64,000 bases of DNA from Monocercomonoides exilis PA203 (lineage: Eukaryota > Protista > Preaxostyla), in contig LSRY02000032.1 of assembly GCA_001643675.2 (NCBI GenBank), positions 372,001 to 436,000 of the forward strand, in the 5' to 3' direction. Shown here one piece after another: positions 10,623 through 24,100 of the stretch. The position numbers and the translations under genes are program-made. Each line of letters starts with the position of its first letter. The first letter of the stretch is position 1. The notes under the pieces were generated by a model. That model was given only the letters and a program-made list of their open reading frames with translations, was not told the DNA's origin and did no database searches.

Positions 10623-13256
10623 TCATTCGGGAGGCATCGCAAGCAGCTCGTTCACAATGTCCCGCATCGACGGCCGGTTCTTCGGCTCGTGGTCCCACGC
10701 CCTCTCCATCAGTTCCTTGAACGGCACAATCACGTGCGGCGGCAGCTTCGCCGGCATGTCTGGCCGCCCCTTCTTGTTCGCCACGTGGTTCACAATCTCC
10801 AGCAGGTTCTTCCCCTGGTACGGCACCCGCCGGTTGATCAGCTCCCACATCACAATCGCATAGCTGTACACATCCGCCTTCAGTGAGTACGGCTTCCGCT
10901 TCAGCACCTCCGGCGCCGTCCACTGCGGCGTGCCCAGCACATTCACCACCACCAGGTCCGGCGGGTCTTCCGGCCGCGACAGCCCAAAGTCTGTCATCTT
11001 CAGCGACCAGTCCCGGTCCACCAGGATGTTCCCCGACTTGATGTCCCGGTGCGTCATCGGAGTCTTCATCGTGTGCATGTACCACAGCGCCTTCGCAATG
11101 TCCAGCGAGAACTGCCGCGTGATCTTCCACGTCAGCGGCGTCCGGTGGTCCACCAGCAGGTCGTGCAGCGACCCCCGCGACACATACTGCATCACAATAA
11201 AGTACGGCCGGAACCCGCACCCCACCAGCCGCACCAGGTTCGGGTGGTGCAGCTTGCTCATCAGCTCCATCTCTATCAGGAAGTTCTCCAGCTCCCGGTC
11301 CGGCAGCGTCGGCTTCATCCGCTTCACCGCCACCCGCGTGTCGTTCCAGTCGCACGTGAACACATCTGCAAACCCCCCGCTCGCCAGATGCTTCGAGTTA
11401 AGCAGCTGGCTCTCCGGAATCACAAACTTCTGCATCGCCTTCTCGATCGCCTTCCCCCGCTCGCTCAGCCGCACATTCCCAAAGTTCTTGTCTCCCCCCA
11501 CACCCCCTGCTCCTCCACCTCCCTCGCCTCCCGGACCTTTCCCTTTCTTCTTCATCCTGTTCAGCTCTGCCTCTGCTGCCGCCTTCCCCTGCACCCCCGG
11601 CCCTTTCCCGCCCGGCCCCACCTCCCTCCGCACCACGCCCCTGCCTCGCTCCGCCATCTTCTGCCCTTGCGCAAGCTCTGCCAGCGCCTCGTCCTCTGTC
11701 GCCTCCTCCTCCTCTTCCTCCACCGCCACAATCGTGTGCTGCGCCACCGTCACCAGCCGCAGCCGGAACAGTATCACAATTATCAGCACAATCAGCATCA
11801 CCACAAACGACGGCAGCGACGTGATGCTGTTTCCACCTGCACCCAGCCCTCCCAGCCCTCCCATCCCTGCCCCACTCTGCTTTGCTTCACCACTCCCACC
11901 AAGGCTGTTCATGTTTTTGGCACTTTCAATGCTTTCGGTGCTTTTGATGTTGTTCGCTCCAATCGCCTCCTGCTCGCCATTCGGCCTGTTTTCTCTTCTC
12001 TCGTCTCCCTTCTCACCACCTTCTGTGTCAATGATCGCAAATGCCCTCGAGCAGAGTGCGTCTGTCCCTGATGTGCCTGATGCACCTGGTGTGCCTGATC
12101 CTCCAAACCCGCAAAACTCAAGCGCTCCAACCACCACCCAGAACAACGGCTTGGCTCCCTTCTCCCCTTCCCCAGCACCATCTTCCGCTGAAAACATCAC
12201 ACACCCGTCGCACATCCCCCAGTTTGTCTCTGCTGCCTCGCCCCCAAGCTCCACCCACAGGCTCTCTGCCTTCCCTGCAGGCGCACTGCACCCCTCAAAT
12301 CTCGTCTTCCCCTCCTCTCCAACCACAAACCGGCTGTGCTCGTGCCGCGATGTCACACTCACCGCCCCTGCTGTCCGCGACGCCTCGGACACGCACCGAT
12401 CAAACACGCACCGCTCTATGGTCACCTCAAGCGCCTTCGCGTCTGGCCCAACCACCGACACAACAGCCGAATCGCTCCCCTTCACCACAATTCGGCTCAG
12501 CGACACATCCCGAAGGACAACAGAATCGCCCCCATTCACCGCAAACGGACTCACCCCGAAGACAAGCGGCGAGTTGCTGCCTGCCCCGCACCGCACATCG
12601 TCCAGCACCAGACTCCCGCTGGTCACCTTCACAAGATGAGCCATCACGCTCTCCACACCCTGCGCTCCGCCTGCTCCCTTGAAGCAGCACGCCCTCAGCC
12701 CCAACCTCTCTCCACACCTCGCCTCCGATGCTATCACCGCACAATCTCTGTCTGCTCCTTCCTGGCCCTCGCCACACCCCGATAAAACAAAAAACACGTT
12801 CCTGAACTCCAACCGCGCATGGTACTCGTACAGGCTGCCACCTTCCCATCCCCCCACCGCACACGTTATGGCTGCATTTTCCTGCCCGTTGCTCACCCCC
12901 TCCCGCGCACTCACAGCCCCGCATATTCTGACAGAAGCATTGCTCCCAAAATGTGCGCGACTGCCTCGAAAACCAGACGCCCCCTCCACAATAACAATCT
13001 CTATTTCGTCTGCATTGCTGTCTTGCAGCAAATGACTGGCAACTGCCTCCACAGACGGCGACGGGCCAAAAATCGTTTTCCCATCGCCTTTCCCGCCTTC
13101 CTGCACAAAATACACATTGTCCGCTGCAAGGCACCGCCAAATACTCAGCGTGCATCCCAGGATAACAGCCAGAAGCTTCATTTGCCACTGCTTCCAGATA
13201 GACTGCAAAACGAGGAAAAAAAAAGAATAGACTGATCATACCATAAGGCGAAACAT
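10623..13256 (-). CDS. Receptor-like protein kinase: beta-helix-like ectodomain, TM helix and TKL-group kinase domain
   Basis: Kinase motifs LASGGFADV, VAVK, HRDIKSGN, DFG and GTPQWTAPE. TM segment FVVMLIVLIIVILF and a signal-peptide-like N-terminus. A 15-nt first exon (MFRLM, 13256-13242) plus a 39-nt GT..CAG intron (13241-13203) splices in frame. Confidence 0.9.
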
Positions 13257-14262
13257 GAAAAAGAAAAATAGAAATAATCTCATCAAACGCTGCAGTTATA
13301 GGGATAAATAATATATATTATGTGAATTTCAATGATAGAGTTTGAATGAAGAAAATGGAAGAAAATGCTCGCATTAATCAAGAATACGTTTTTAAATATT
13401 ATTAAGATAAAAATTCACAGAGAAAATATTTGAGAAATAACGATTAATTGAATAGCATTTTCGAAGTTTGGACAGTTATTCGGTTTGGAAATGAAATGTT
13501 CTTTCTAATTTGCTGAAATCGCTGTTTTTCAAAATGGAGTTTTCTTTATCAATTTTATTTTGAGTGATTTATTCTGTCTTGAAAGAAGCAAATGAGACTC
13601 GTATAATGTATTTAAGAGGCAGTTGCAAACTGTTTTGGAAAACAAAACAACCCTCCAACAAAAAGGGCTCGGAGAAGCAATGCTTGCTGATTGGCACACA
13701 AATCAAATTTTTTTGAAAGAACAGGCACAAATGCAAAGTGAACAACTGAAGAATCCCAAAACATAAGGACATTGGAAATGGAAAAAACAAAAGTGTCAAA
13801 ACAACAAAAGAATGGAAAAACAGAGCAGCACGAACCACAATCGCAAGCATTCCAAGTTGTGCTGCTTCACTCCAGAATGCCACACAAAACAAAATCAACA
13901 CCAATGAACAGCACCTGCATTCAGCAGGCATCTTTCAAACAACGAACAGACTCCACTTTTCGCTCTCCTCAGAAATTTGGAACAAAACAATTACAACAAC
14001 AAAAAAGAAGAAGTAGCTCCAATCGAATTCACAACTTGGCAGAACCACTTCCTCTCTTTTCTCTTCTTCAAGACGTTCCATCCCCAATTTTCTCTTTCCA
14101 AAAGATGAGCCACAACTCTGCATCTTTGAAAGAGCTTCCAAAGATCTTTTTCCTCTTTTCATTTGCAGCAGCACATCCTCCACCACTTTTCCACCTTCCA
14201 GCAATCACTGCCTGTGCACCCAAAGAAATAGCAGCCAGCTTCTTCCTTCCTGCTGCCAGTCT

Positions 14263-16807
14263 TCAAAGCAGCTCAACCATCACATGCCTCACCATCACCA
14301 CCAAATCATCCATCCCTTCTTCCTCCAGCAGATCCATCGACCACACACACACCTCCAGCGCCTGCCTCTTCGTTCGCATCTCCTTTCTCTCCTTCTTCCG
14401 CCTTCTCGCCTGCTCCATCTCTGCTTTCTTCTCGTTTCGCTCTGCTCGCTGCCTCTCCTTCTCCTGCTGCTGGTCTTTCACCCTTTTCCCCTTTGCACTG
14501 CTGTTGCTGTGCTTCCTTCCTCTTTTCTTCATTTGTTGAGATTCTTCGTCTTCTTCTCTGCTGCCTCCAAAACCATCCCCCTTGCAGTGGTGCGAACTGC
14601 TCTCTTTCTCTCTTTTTCGCCTCTTCTTGTTCGCCTGCACTTCCTGAGCTGTTCTGCTGTGACCTTCATTTTCTCTCACCTTCAGCCTCTCTTCCTCCAT
14701 CGCGCTCGATATCTCCTTCATTGCCCTTCTTCTTCTGCTGAGCAGCACTTCCCACAGCATCTCCACAAACACAAAGCATCCGTTGTCTTGCAGAAACACT
14801 CGCTCATCGAAAAGATGGCTGGCTGCCATCTCCATAAACCTCGTCTGCCCAATCCACTCCACAACATCCCTGTCGCTCCCGTCTTCCAGAACACTGCAAA
14901 AGATGGTGAACAGCAAGTAGTTGTAACATGCCATCACCCTCTTCTGCTCAAAAAGCCTTGTCAAAGCAGCCACAAACCCATCTGTGCAGAACACAACCGC
15001 ATAATACCTTCCATTCACAGGCCCTCTTCCACATTCCTCCATTTTTCCGTCTGCCACTTCACAATCCTTCGCTTTCCCCTTTCTCTTCCTCCTTTTCATT
15101 TCACACCCTGACCCTTCCTTTGCCTCGTTCACTTCTGATTTTCTTCTCCTGCCAATCGCAGCACCATCAACACACTCTTCCTTCCTTCCAGTGCTGCTCT
15201 GTGATTGCTCTTCTTCCACACCAATCTCACCCACCACATGCTCTCTCGCACTTTCCCGTGAAGCGAACCTGAATAAGCTGTCAATCACATTGATTGTGTT
15301 CATCACAAGTCTGTCTGATGCTGATGTGTGCAACCTGAACAAGGTGAACAGCCAAAAAGTGTTGAGGATAAGAAATACAGATTCAAACGTTTCCAAAATA
15401 AATGAAAATAACAGGAGAAAAGACAGGAAAAGAAAGAAAGAAAGAAAGAGATATCCTCAAAAATATCGTTTTGAAATGAACTGATTGCATTATCAACAAT
15501 GAGCAAAAATCAGGCATCTCCCAAACACACACCATTCATCGCGCTCGTCTGCAGGATAAAGTGGCGACTCAATGCACTCAGATGGCAATTGGCAGAACTT
15601 CGGATGCCGTGGCGGAAAAGGCGAAGAAATCGGAGGATAATCTGCAGCATCCATCGAAAGTGCTGGCAGCTCCTGGAACTTTTTCTGGAGCGAATAAAAC
15701 TCGCTGGATGAAGCTGGAAAAGCAGAAGGCATCGACACCAACGATTGACTCTCCGATTTGATCAATGTTGTTGATGATTTTGATGTGGCTGGGACAGCCG
15801 AGGCAAATGAGGCAAATGAGGCAAAGGAAGCACAGCTGGTCGGCTTGCAGAGCATGAAAGGCGGATAGCCGTTCATCAGCCAGACCAGAAGCTCCAAAAC
15901 ATTCGTCGACTGATTCAGGATACCCACTTTGCTCGGATGGCAGTTTGTAAAGGCCTCCAGCACGTCCATCGCTTCTGAAACCACATTCACACACGGATGG
16001 AACAAAAACGCAACCACATGCCCAAACACATGGCTGTAATAGTGCCTTCCCAGTCGGACTGTTCCACAAACAAATAATCAAACAAAAATTATTAAACAAC
16101 GATGAATTTATTTTTTCTGAAAGAAGCAAGAAGAGCACAACACTTGCACACCTCGAATCAAGACCCCTTCAACAACACATGCCAGGGCATACAGCAGCTG
16201 TGCAGCCTCCACATAAGTCTCTTCTGCCAGCGCCTTCCGCTCTGCGATGTTCAGCAGCTCTGGCACCAGCGTCTTATACTCCGCCTGCCGCAGGCCCACG
16301 CTCTTGCAGAATGCAAAATACGCATGAATGACATCTTCGTGGGCGGCCTGAGACAGCGTTTCCATCTGAGCCAGTGAAACAAGCGCATCTCGCATCTCCG
16401 CCATGCGCTCATGTTCGAGGCAGTGATAGTCGTTTCTGTCGCTGCGCCACCGGTCCACGCTCCCCATGAACAGCTGCCGCCTCACCAGCCGCACAATCTC
16501 CTCTTTTGCATCCTGCGGCTGCTTCAGCGCTGTTTTCGCAAATTCACACAGCAAAGCACCGATTTCGGAGCACAGTTCAACATCCATGGGGTCACACTTT
16601 AGGTCGTGTGCAAACTGTTCCAGCTCGGCAACCTCCGCTGCACAGCCCTCACCGCCTTCCAATCGCTTCACCAAAACTGCTTTCAGGAATTTTCAAAGCC
16701 ATACGAATCAAATCTCCCCACAAAACAACAACAAAGCACACACCCCTTCCGCGTGCAACGAACTGGTACCCCACCTCCCTCAGCCGCGCTTTTTCGTTTT
16801 CGTCCAT
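14263..16807 (-). CDS. Multi-exon hypothetical protein, helical/ARM-like segments with charged inserts
   Basis: ATG at 16807 (MDENEKARLREVG). The GC-rich ORFs 16108-16674, 15493-16029 and 14263-15396 are separated by T-rich intron-like gaps on the minus strand. ARM similarity is only an impression. Confidence 0.6.
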
Positions 16808-17016
16808 TGAGCCATTTCTCTATGGTTCAGGATCATTTCAAAAACATTTGAGAAAAGATTTTTAAAAAGGTTCAAGTGCCTTTTCTTTCACTTCAACAAA
16901 GGATTAACCATTTCCCCCTGCATTTCCAGCTTTTAGGCAAATGTTGGAGTGATATTCCCCAAGAGATATTTCATCTGAAAAAAGTGTTTGATTTTGAGAC
17001 CGACCCATAATGGCGG

Positions 17017-20000
17017 ATGGTTGAAAGAAAAGAAATTCGAAAAAGGACATACCCGTTTGTGCTGCACGTGGTGGCAGGCACGTGGGCGGGGCTTGTTCTT
17101 ATATTTTTGCTGGTGTGCGTGTGCCTGGGGGTGCAGCCGGGGCAGCTGCCCGGGTGGCCGCAAATCGTGCTGATTGCTGTTCTTGGCGTTGTGCTGTGCG
17201 CCACGGTTGCTTCGCTGCTGTGCACGCGCCACAGGTGTGCCATATTTATTTGCGCTAATGTCAGTGTCTTTTTGTATTTTCCTGTGTTTATCTTGTGCGT
17301 GTTTGGCTGAAATGTGTATTTCTGCTGGCTCGCGTTGCTGGGGGTGCTTGATGGCCTGCAGAGCGCGCAAGCCGCGGGGCCTTGCAAAGGGTGTGTTTTT
17401 GGGGGAGTTCTTCATGTGCATGCTGGTGTGTGGTGCGATGGTGGTGCTGGGGTGCGAAGCATTGCAGGTGGCTGTTTCGGGCAGCGGAGGCGCAGGGATG
17501 TCGCTGCTGCTCCCGATAGGAGAGCTGTGCGTGGAACTGTGCTCTGGAGCTGCAAAGGCATTTGGCATGACGGGTTACGGGGTGAAGGGCGCAGCATGGG
17601 CTGCTGTGTGCAGCTCGTTTGTTTTGGCAGTCTTGCTGTTTGTGTGTGGGGTGTCGTCGCTGCTGATGCTGGGGCGGTACCGGTTTGTGCGGGGAGCGCT
17701 GGCAGGGCTGGGGGCAGTGCTGCTGTGCGAGGCGGCGGGGCTGGTGGGGGTGTATGTGTGGTCGTTCAGCGTGGAGGGGGTGGTGGCAGTGCCAGAGATG
17801 GTGCTGGGGCTGGGGCTGGTGGGGATTGCAGACGGGGTGATGGGGCTGTTCTGGCTGCTGGTGGGGGTGCGGCTGGGGAAGATGCGGGAGGGCCACTGGG
17901 TGCTGGTGGTGCTGGGGGTGGTTGTGGGGTGCGGGACTTTGTGTGGGTGTGTGGTGGTGGAGGGAACGGCTCGGAGAGACATGTCAGAGAGCGGGAAGCT
18001 GCAGAGGGAGGTGCGGAGGATGTGCGAGATGGTTGTTGCAGGCGAAGGCGAAGGAGAAGGTGGAGGTGGAGGTGGAAGCGATACAGCAGAAAGCGTGTAT
18101 TTTGTGTCGGACAATGCAGGTGTGGAGGAGTTGGGCAATGGTGCAACAAGCACTTTTGAGTTTATTTTGTTGACTTTCCATTTTGTTTTCCATTTTTTTC
18201 ATATGATTTCTGTTTATTTAATTATTCTTTTATTGAATGAGCAGTGACAGCAGAGAAGTGCACAGCCATGTTTGAGGGTGCAATGGCAGAGCTGTGTGGC
18301 GAAGGGAATGCACTCCACGTGCAGCATCGATCTTCTCCAGGCACATCTGCTCCAACACTTCACACAAAGACAAGCACAATCACAAAGACAAACACAGAAA
18401 ATGATCTTTGCACAGCGCAGATGATCTACGATGCAGCAGTTGAACAGTTGGTGAGAAACAGCCTGGCTTTTGTGAGAGTGAGCAGTGTGTCTTTTTCTTG
18501 TTCGTTCTCTCTTTCATTCATTCATTCGTCTGTTCATCTTCTGGACTGTCTCGTTTGTTTTTATTGTTTCAAAATCCTTCTCTCTTTTTTTGTGGCTTCT
18601 GGTCATGTGGCTGTGGCTGTGGATGCGGAACAGCATCGATCGGGGTTGTGTCAGTGCTCACGCTGGGCAGTCTTGTTTATGTGTCTCTTCTGCACTTCTT
18701 CCCCCGCTGCTGCTATGTGTGCACATTTTTGTGTTATTCAATTTTTTATTTTTTATTTTATATTTTCTTTTTTTCTTTCTTTGTTTTGGATGTGTTGTGT
18801 GACCGAATGACGAACTGTCTCTGTTCAGTTCCAAAACAGGTGCAAGGGAGTGCCTGTGAGGCGGGTGAAGGGGAGAAGCGAAAAGAGCCTGGCAGAAAGG
18901 GAAGGAAGGGAAGAAGGCGAGGGATGGGAATTGCCCTTGCTGGAAGGAGGGAGTGGCAGCAGAGGGGAGGAGGCATCTCCTTCTCATGCATATTCTGCGC
19001 GGTGTGTGGAGATGGAAGGGGAAGACAGGAGCAGCACGCCAAATGATCTGCTGCTGCCGCGAAGCTCAGAAGACAGACAACGCCGAAGGATTGGGGAAGG
19101 GCAGGGTGAGAGTGGGAAAGAGAAGGGGAAAGAGAAGGGGAAGGGGAAGGAAATAGCAACAAAAGAGGAAAAAGAGGAGGAGGAGGAGCGGATGGCAGAG
19201 GAAGAGGCAGCAGCAGAGGATGTGGTGAGTGCAGCATATGCAGAGCGTGTGCGGATGAGGAGGGAAAATGCAGAGCCGCTGCTTGTGATCTTCCCAGAGC
19301 TGTTTGGGGTTGGAGGGGGAGAAGGAGGGGGAGAAGGAGGAGAAGGAGGAGGAGAAGGGGGATGCGGGGCAGGGGCAGAGGGGCTGAGGAAGGGGGCAGA
19401 GCTGGCGAAGGAAGGGAAGCGGCTGCACCGGGAGAAGGAGCAGCGGGAGTGCGAGAAGGCGCGGAAGGGGTCGATGGTGGTGGATGCGCGGCTGAAGGAG
19501 CTTGTTCTGTCGTCGCTGCAGAACAGAGGAGGGGATGGGGATGGGGGTGGGGAGGAGGAAGGGGCAGAGGGGGCAGCAGGAGCAGCGGGCGGGGAAGGGC
19601 CGAAGGAAGACGAGGAGTCGGCGGTGCTGATGGTGCTGCTGGAGGAGAGCAGCGGGGGAGGAGAGGAGGGAGGGTGGTTTTGGCAGGGATGGGGATGGGG
19701 ATGGGAGGAGAGGTGGGGAAGAAAGGAGGAGAGGTGGAGCTGGGGAGGGTGGGGGAGACGGCAGAGGAGAAGAAGGCGCGGGAGATGAAGAAGCTGGCGG
19801 CAGAGGCGGGGCTGAGTGTGGAGCAGGTGGAGGAGCAGCGGCGGCAGATGAGGCTGCTGGAGGAGCAGCACCGGCGGCTGAAGGAGCTGGAGGCGAAGCA
19901 GGCGGCGAAGCGGCAGGAGGCGCAGGCGAATGCGCGGCTGAGAAGGATGCGGATGGCGCTGGCAGAGAAGCAGCGGGAGGAGGCGCGGCTGGCGCAGATG

Positions 20001-20432
20001 GCGGCGTTGGTGGCCGCGCGGGGCGGAGGGAGAGGGCAGGGGCTGGTGGCAGCGCTGGAGAGGAGCGGACAGGGAAGGGGCAGAGGCAGAGGTAGAGGAA
20101 GAGGAAGAGTCAGAGGAGGAGGAAGAGGAGGAGGAAGAGGTGGGGAGATGGGAATGGGAATGGGAATGAGCGGAGAAATGAGCGGAGGAAGGGGAGTGCA
20201 GGAGGGGAGAGCAGGAATGGGTGCAGAGGGTGGAGGGCAAGGCAGAGGAGCAGCGATGGGCACGCCGTGTGCAATGGCGAGGGGGAATGGCGGGATGAGC
20301 TGGGCCACTCCTCGTCCGTCTCCGCAGATGGGAATGGGAATGAAGGGGATGAAGGGGATGATGGGGATGATGGGGATGCGCAGCCCAGCACCCACATCGT
20401 CTGTGTTCTCGTCGCAGTACGGGGCAGGCTGA
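17017..20432 (+). CDS. Multi-exon multi-pass membrane protein with a long Glu/Gly-rich, coiled-coil and RG/GM-repeat C-terminal tail
   Basis: ATG at 17017. Several hydrophobic helices in ORFs 17017-17310 and 17174-18247. T-rich introns. The terminal exon spans ORFs 18850-19788 and 19362-20432, with an apparent frame switch near 19660. Confidence 0.6.
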
Positions 20433-21108
20433 GCAGAATTGGAAGGGGCTGTGTCTTCCAACTGAATAGACCAAACCAACCAAATCAGTTCAACCATCAA
20501 CAATTCGTTTTGAATGTGTTTGAATGCAGTTGAGCAAGCAGACAGGCCAAAGTGTCTGTTTTGAGTGATGATTATTAGCATTTATTATGTTTTTTATTTC
20601 TGTTCCGCTTTCTGTTGTGTTTCATGTTCTATTGGGCACTTTCTTTTGGATTTGAAGGTGTTTTTTTTTCCTTATTTATTTCCCTTTTTGTCACTCCATT
20701 TCAGAGCATTTCACTCCTTTTCATTGCTTCTGTGTATCTTTTTTGTGTTTTGTTGACATTTTTTTGCTTTTTTGTTGGACTTGCTGTCCTTGTTCCTTTT
20801 TTCTTTTCAGCAACCGCAAATGACCAGATTCTGGCATGTTTTTTCAGTTTTCATTTCAATTCTTTTCTTTCTTTCTCATTGACTTGAAAGAAAGTGTGAG
20901 AAAATATATATATATTTCCAAAAATATACCTCTTACCATTTCTTATGTTCTGTAGCATGCAGAGAGGGAAGAGATGGGTGGAAGGGCTGATTTTTGGGGT
21001 TTTTTTATTTTACTCTCTTTGAATGATCAGGCCCCCGTAATGCCTTGAGCGGAAACAGTTTTGAGGGCCTTAGACGATGAAGGTGGGTGTGCCGCAGATG
21101 GAAAAAGG

Positions 21109-24100
21109 ATGGGCGTAACGCATTTATTTTTGTGTATTGTTTGAGCAGAAAAGGCGGATGCACGCGGTGCAGAAGCTGACAGTGGGGCTTTCAAGCACAT
21201 ACGGGCGCTGCTGCCCGGAGGGGCGTTGGGGCGCAGGACCAGCGCGCAGACGCCAGACGTTGACTGTGCCGTGCGACGGGGTGCAGAACATGGGGAAGGA
21301 CAATGAGGTGGGGGAGCTGATTGTGCGCTCGGGAGATGTGTTTGCGAACAGCCGGGGGAAGGGGGCACGGGGGTATGTTGTGGAGGGGGTGTCGTGCAGG
21401 ACGGACGCAGGGCCTGTGTACAGGTGTGTGCGGAAAGGGCAGTGGCAGGGGTACGGGATGCGGATTTCGAGGGGCACAGAAGAAGGGGTGCTGGAGGCTG
21501 TGCGGGAGGGCCAGCTCCTGGAGCGGGTGTGCTGTTTGTGCTTGTTCGCTGTCTTCTTGAAGCTCTTTTTGTCCTGTTTCTTTTCCATGGAAACTGTGTT
21601 TTCGTGGTGGCAATTGACAAACACAAATGTGTGTGAAATGTGAATGTTGTTGGGGATTGTCCTCTGACAGGTGTGTCGGGCAGACCCGCGCAGAGAGGCG
21701 AACATCATTGTGCCAAAGGAGCAGTTTGTGAGTGCAGGGCACGTGGTGACGGTGACGGAGGGGGTGAAGTGCACCCTTGAAGAATACATCAGGCGCGAGT
21801 CTCCGCTTGGGATTCCTCTCCCGTTTGTGCGAACGGTGTGGGCTGTTTGAGGCAGAAGAGCCAAACATGACATTTCTTTCATTTTCATTTCATTTTATTT
21901 TATGATTGGATTTTCGCTTGGCTGGGCAGATTGTGAAGCAGCTGCTGGATGCGCTGATTCTGCTGAAAGACATGGGGATCCGGCACAGCAACCTGACGCT
22001 GCAGAGCATCGGAGTCAGAGAGTGTGTTGTTCTGTTCTGTTCTGTTTGGGTGCATTGCATTCATCTCTCTTTCTTTTTGTTTTATTTTTGTGTGTGTGTG
22101 CTTCATTCATCTGATGAACGATGATATTCCTGATGGCTGTTTGTGTGCTCTGTTTCATTGGAAACTGGATGGCCTGAAAATCGGGGCAGGTTTCCGGAGG
22201 TGTGCGTGATGGACCTGAGCAACGCGGCGTTTGTGGACAACGAGGCGTTTGGGTGCCCGCCGCTGCGTGTGTGTGCTCCAGAGCAGATTTTGGGGTATCC
22301 GTATGAATGCTTGTGTTGTTTGTTGTGTGTTTGGGGTTGTTTTAACGAGTCAGGTGCTTTTTTTTTGGTGATGGCGCAGGCAGTGGGTGGGCACAGACAT
22401 GTGGAGCTTGGGGTGCGTGTGCTGCTCGATGTTTCTGGGCTGGCGGGTTCTGGAGCAGCCAGACGAGAGAGACACGCTGGAGGCGATGGAGACGCTTTGG
22501 GGGTGTGTCTTCATTCAATTTTTTTTATCAATTTTTTATTCTTTTTTTTCTGTGGGAATGGATGTGTTTGTGGTTGTGCTTGTGCTTGTGGCTGTTTGGG
22601 GTGGTCAGCCAGCATCTGCCGAGCTGGCTGGTTGGAGGGGCGCCGCGGGGGAAGGAGTTTTTCAGCGGAAGAGTTGTGCGTGTGGGGAGAGAAGAGCGGG
22701 TGGTGTATGAGCTGAAGGAGAGGAGCAAGCAGACAGAGGAGGCAGAGGAGGAGAAAGAGAAAGAGAAAGAGAAGGAGGCAGAGGAGGAGGCGCAGAGAGA
22801 AGAAGACAGGAGGCGATGTGTTTGGATGGGCGAGTGGCTGCGGCAGCGGGGTGTGTGTGCACAGCCGGTGCTTCCGCTGCGGATGGGCAGAGGAGACACA
22901 CACAGCACAGTTTGGCTGAATGCTGTTTTTATTCTTCTTTTTATTCTTCTTTTTATTCTTCTTTTTATTCTTCTTTTTATTCTTCTTTTTATTCTTCTTT
23001 TTATTCTTCTTTTTATTCTTCTTTTTATTCTTCTTTTTATTCTTCTTTTTATTCTTCTTTTTATTCTTCTTTTTATTCTTCTTTTTATTCTTCTTTTTAT
23101 TCTTCTTTTTATTTTTATCTGATTGACTTTGCTTGTTCAGTCGGAAAAGGCGTCGCTGCGGAGCATTCTGAGTCGGCACGGGGAGATTGTGCGGAAGGTG
23201 AAGAGGCAGCGGGAGAGGGAGAGGCGAAGGGAGGAGAGGGAGAGGGAGAAGGAGCGGGGGAGAGCGGAGAAGGCGGCGCTGGAGAAAGAGATGGCCGAGT
23301 GGGTGGCAGAGCAGGAGGAGTACGAAGAGAGGAAGCGGAGACACATGATGAAGGAAGAGGGAGGAGAGAAATCAAAGAGAAAGAAGATGGATGAAGAAGA
23401 ATCAAGCTCGTTTGAAGAGGCAGAGTGGGAGCATGCGACAGAAATGCCAGCGATCCATCCGCTGCATCTGACAGCGGCAGCGCTGCAGAATGAGAAGAAA
23501 GAGGAGGAGCAGCGGAAGATGGAGGCGTGGCGGATGAAAGCGCTGCTTTTGAGAGAAGAAGAGCAGGAGAAGGCGATGGAGAGGCTGCTGAAGGAGCGGA
23601 TGGAAATGGAAGAGAGGAAAAGAAGGAAGCAGCAGCAGAAGAAGAAGAAGCAGAACAACAAAGAGAAAGAGAAAGAAGAAGAAGACGTTGATAATGATGA
23701 TGAAGATGATGAAAGATACAGTTCAGATGGAGAAAGCAAATGCACAGAAAGGGATGAGAAGGAAGAGGCAGGGGAAGAGAATGGAGAAGCAGAGGAGGCA
23801 GACGAAGTGAAGGAGCTGGAAGAGATTCGGCTGCATCTGATGAACTACGAGTGCAGCGAAAGAGACGCGCAGGGGGAGCAGCCGGAAGAGTCTGAATGGG
23901 AAGAGGACACGCTCTCAACATCGTCAGAGGGGAGCCTGTTTGTTGGGCCATTCCACACAAACACCCTCAGCACCCTCAACACTCTCAACACAGCCAGCTC
24001 AACAAACTCAACCAGCACAGCCAACAGAAGCAGCTGGATAACCCTGCTGAGTGAGTCAGAGGGAGAAGAGAAAGGCTCGTTTGAGGATGATCACGATGCG

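Noticed and set aside
10930-12639. Long antisense/shadow ORFs (also 18758-20581, 29970-31265, 31266-32879 and others)
   Set aside because: These are mirror frames of GC-rich, low-complexity real genes and carry no motifs of their own.
22505-23394. ORFs with (FILL)n, (KKNK)n or (FYSS)n repeats as proteins
   Set aside because: They are translations of the intronic 12-bp minisatellite.
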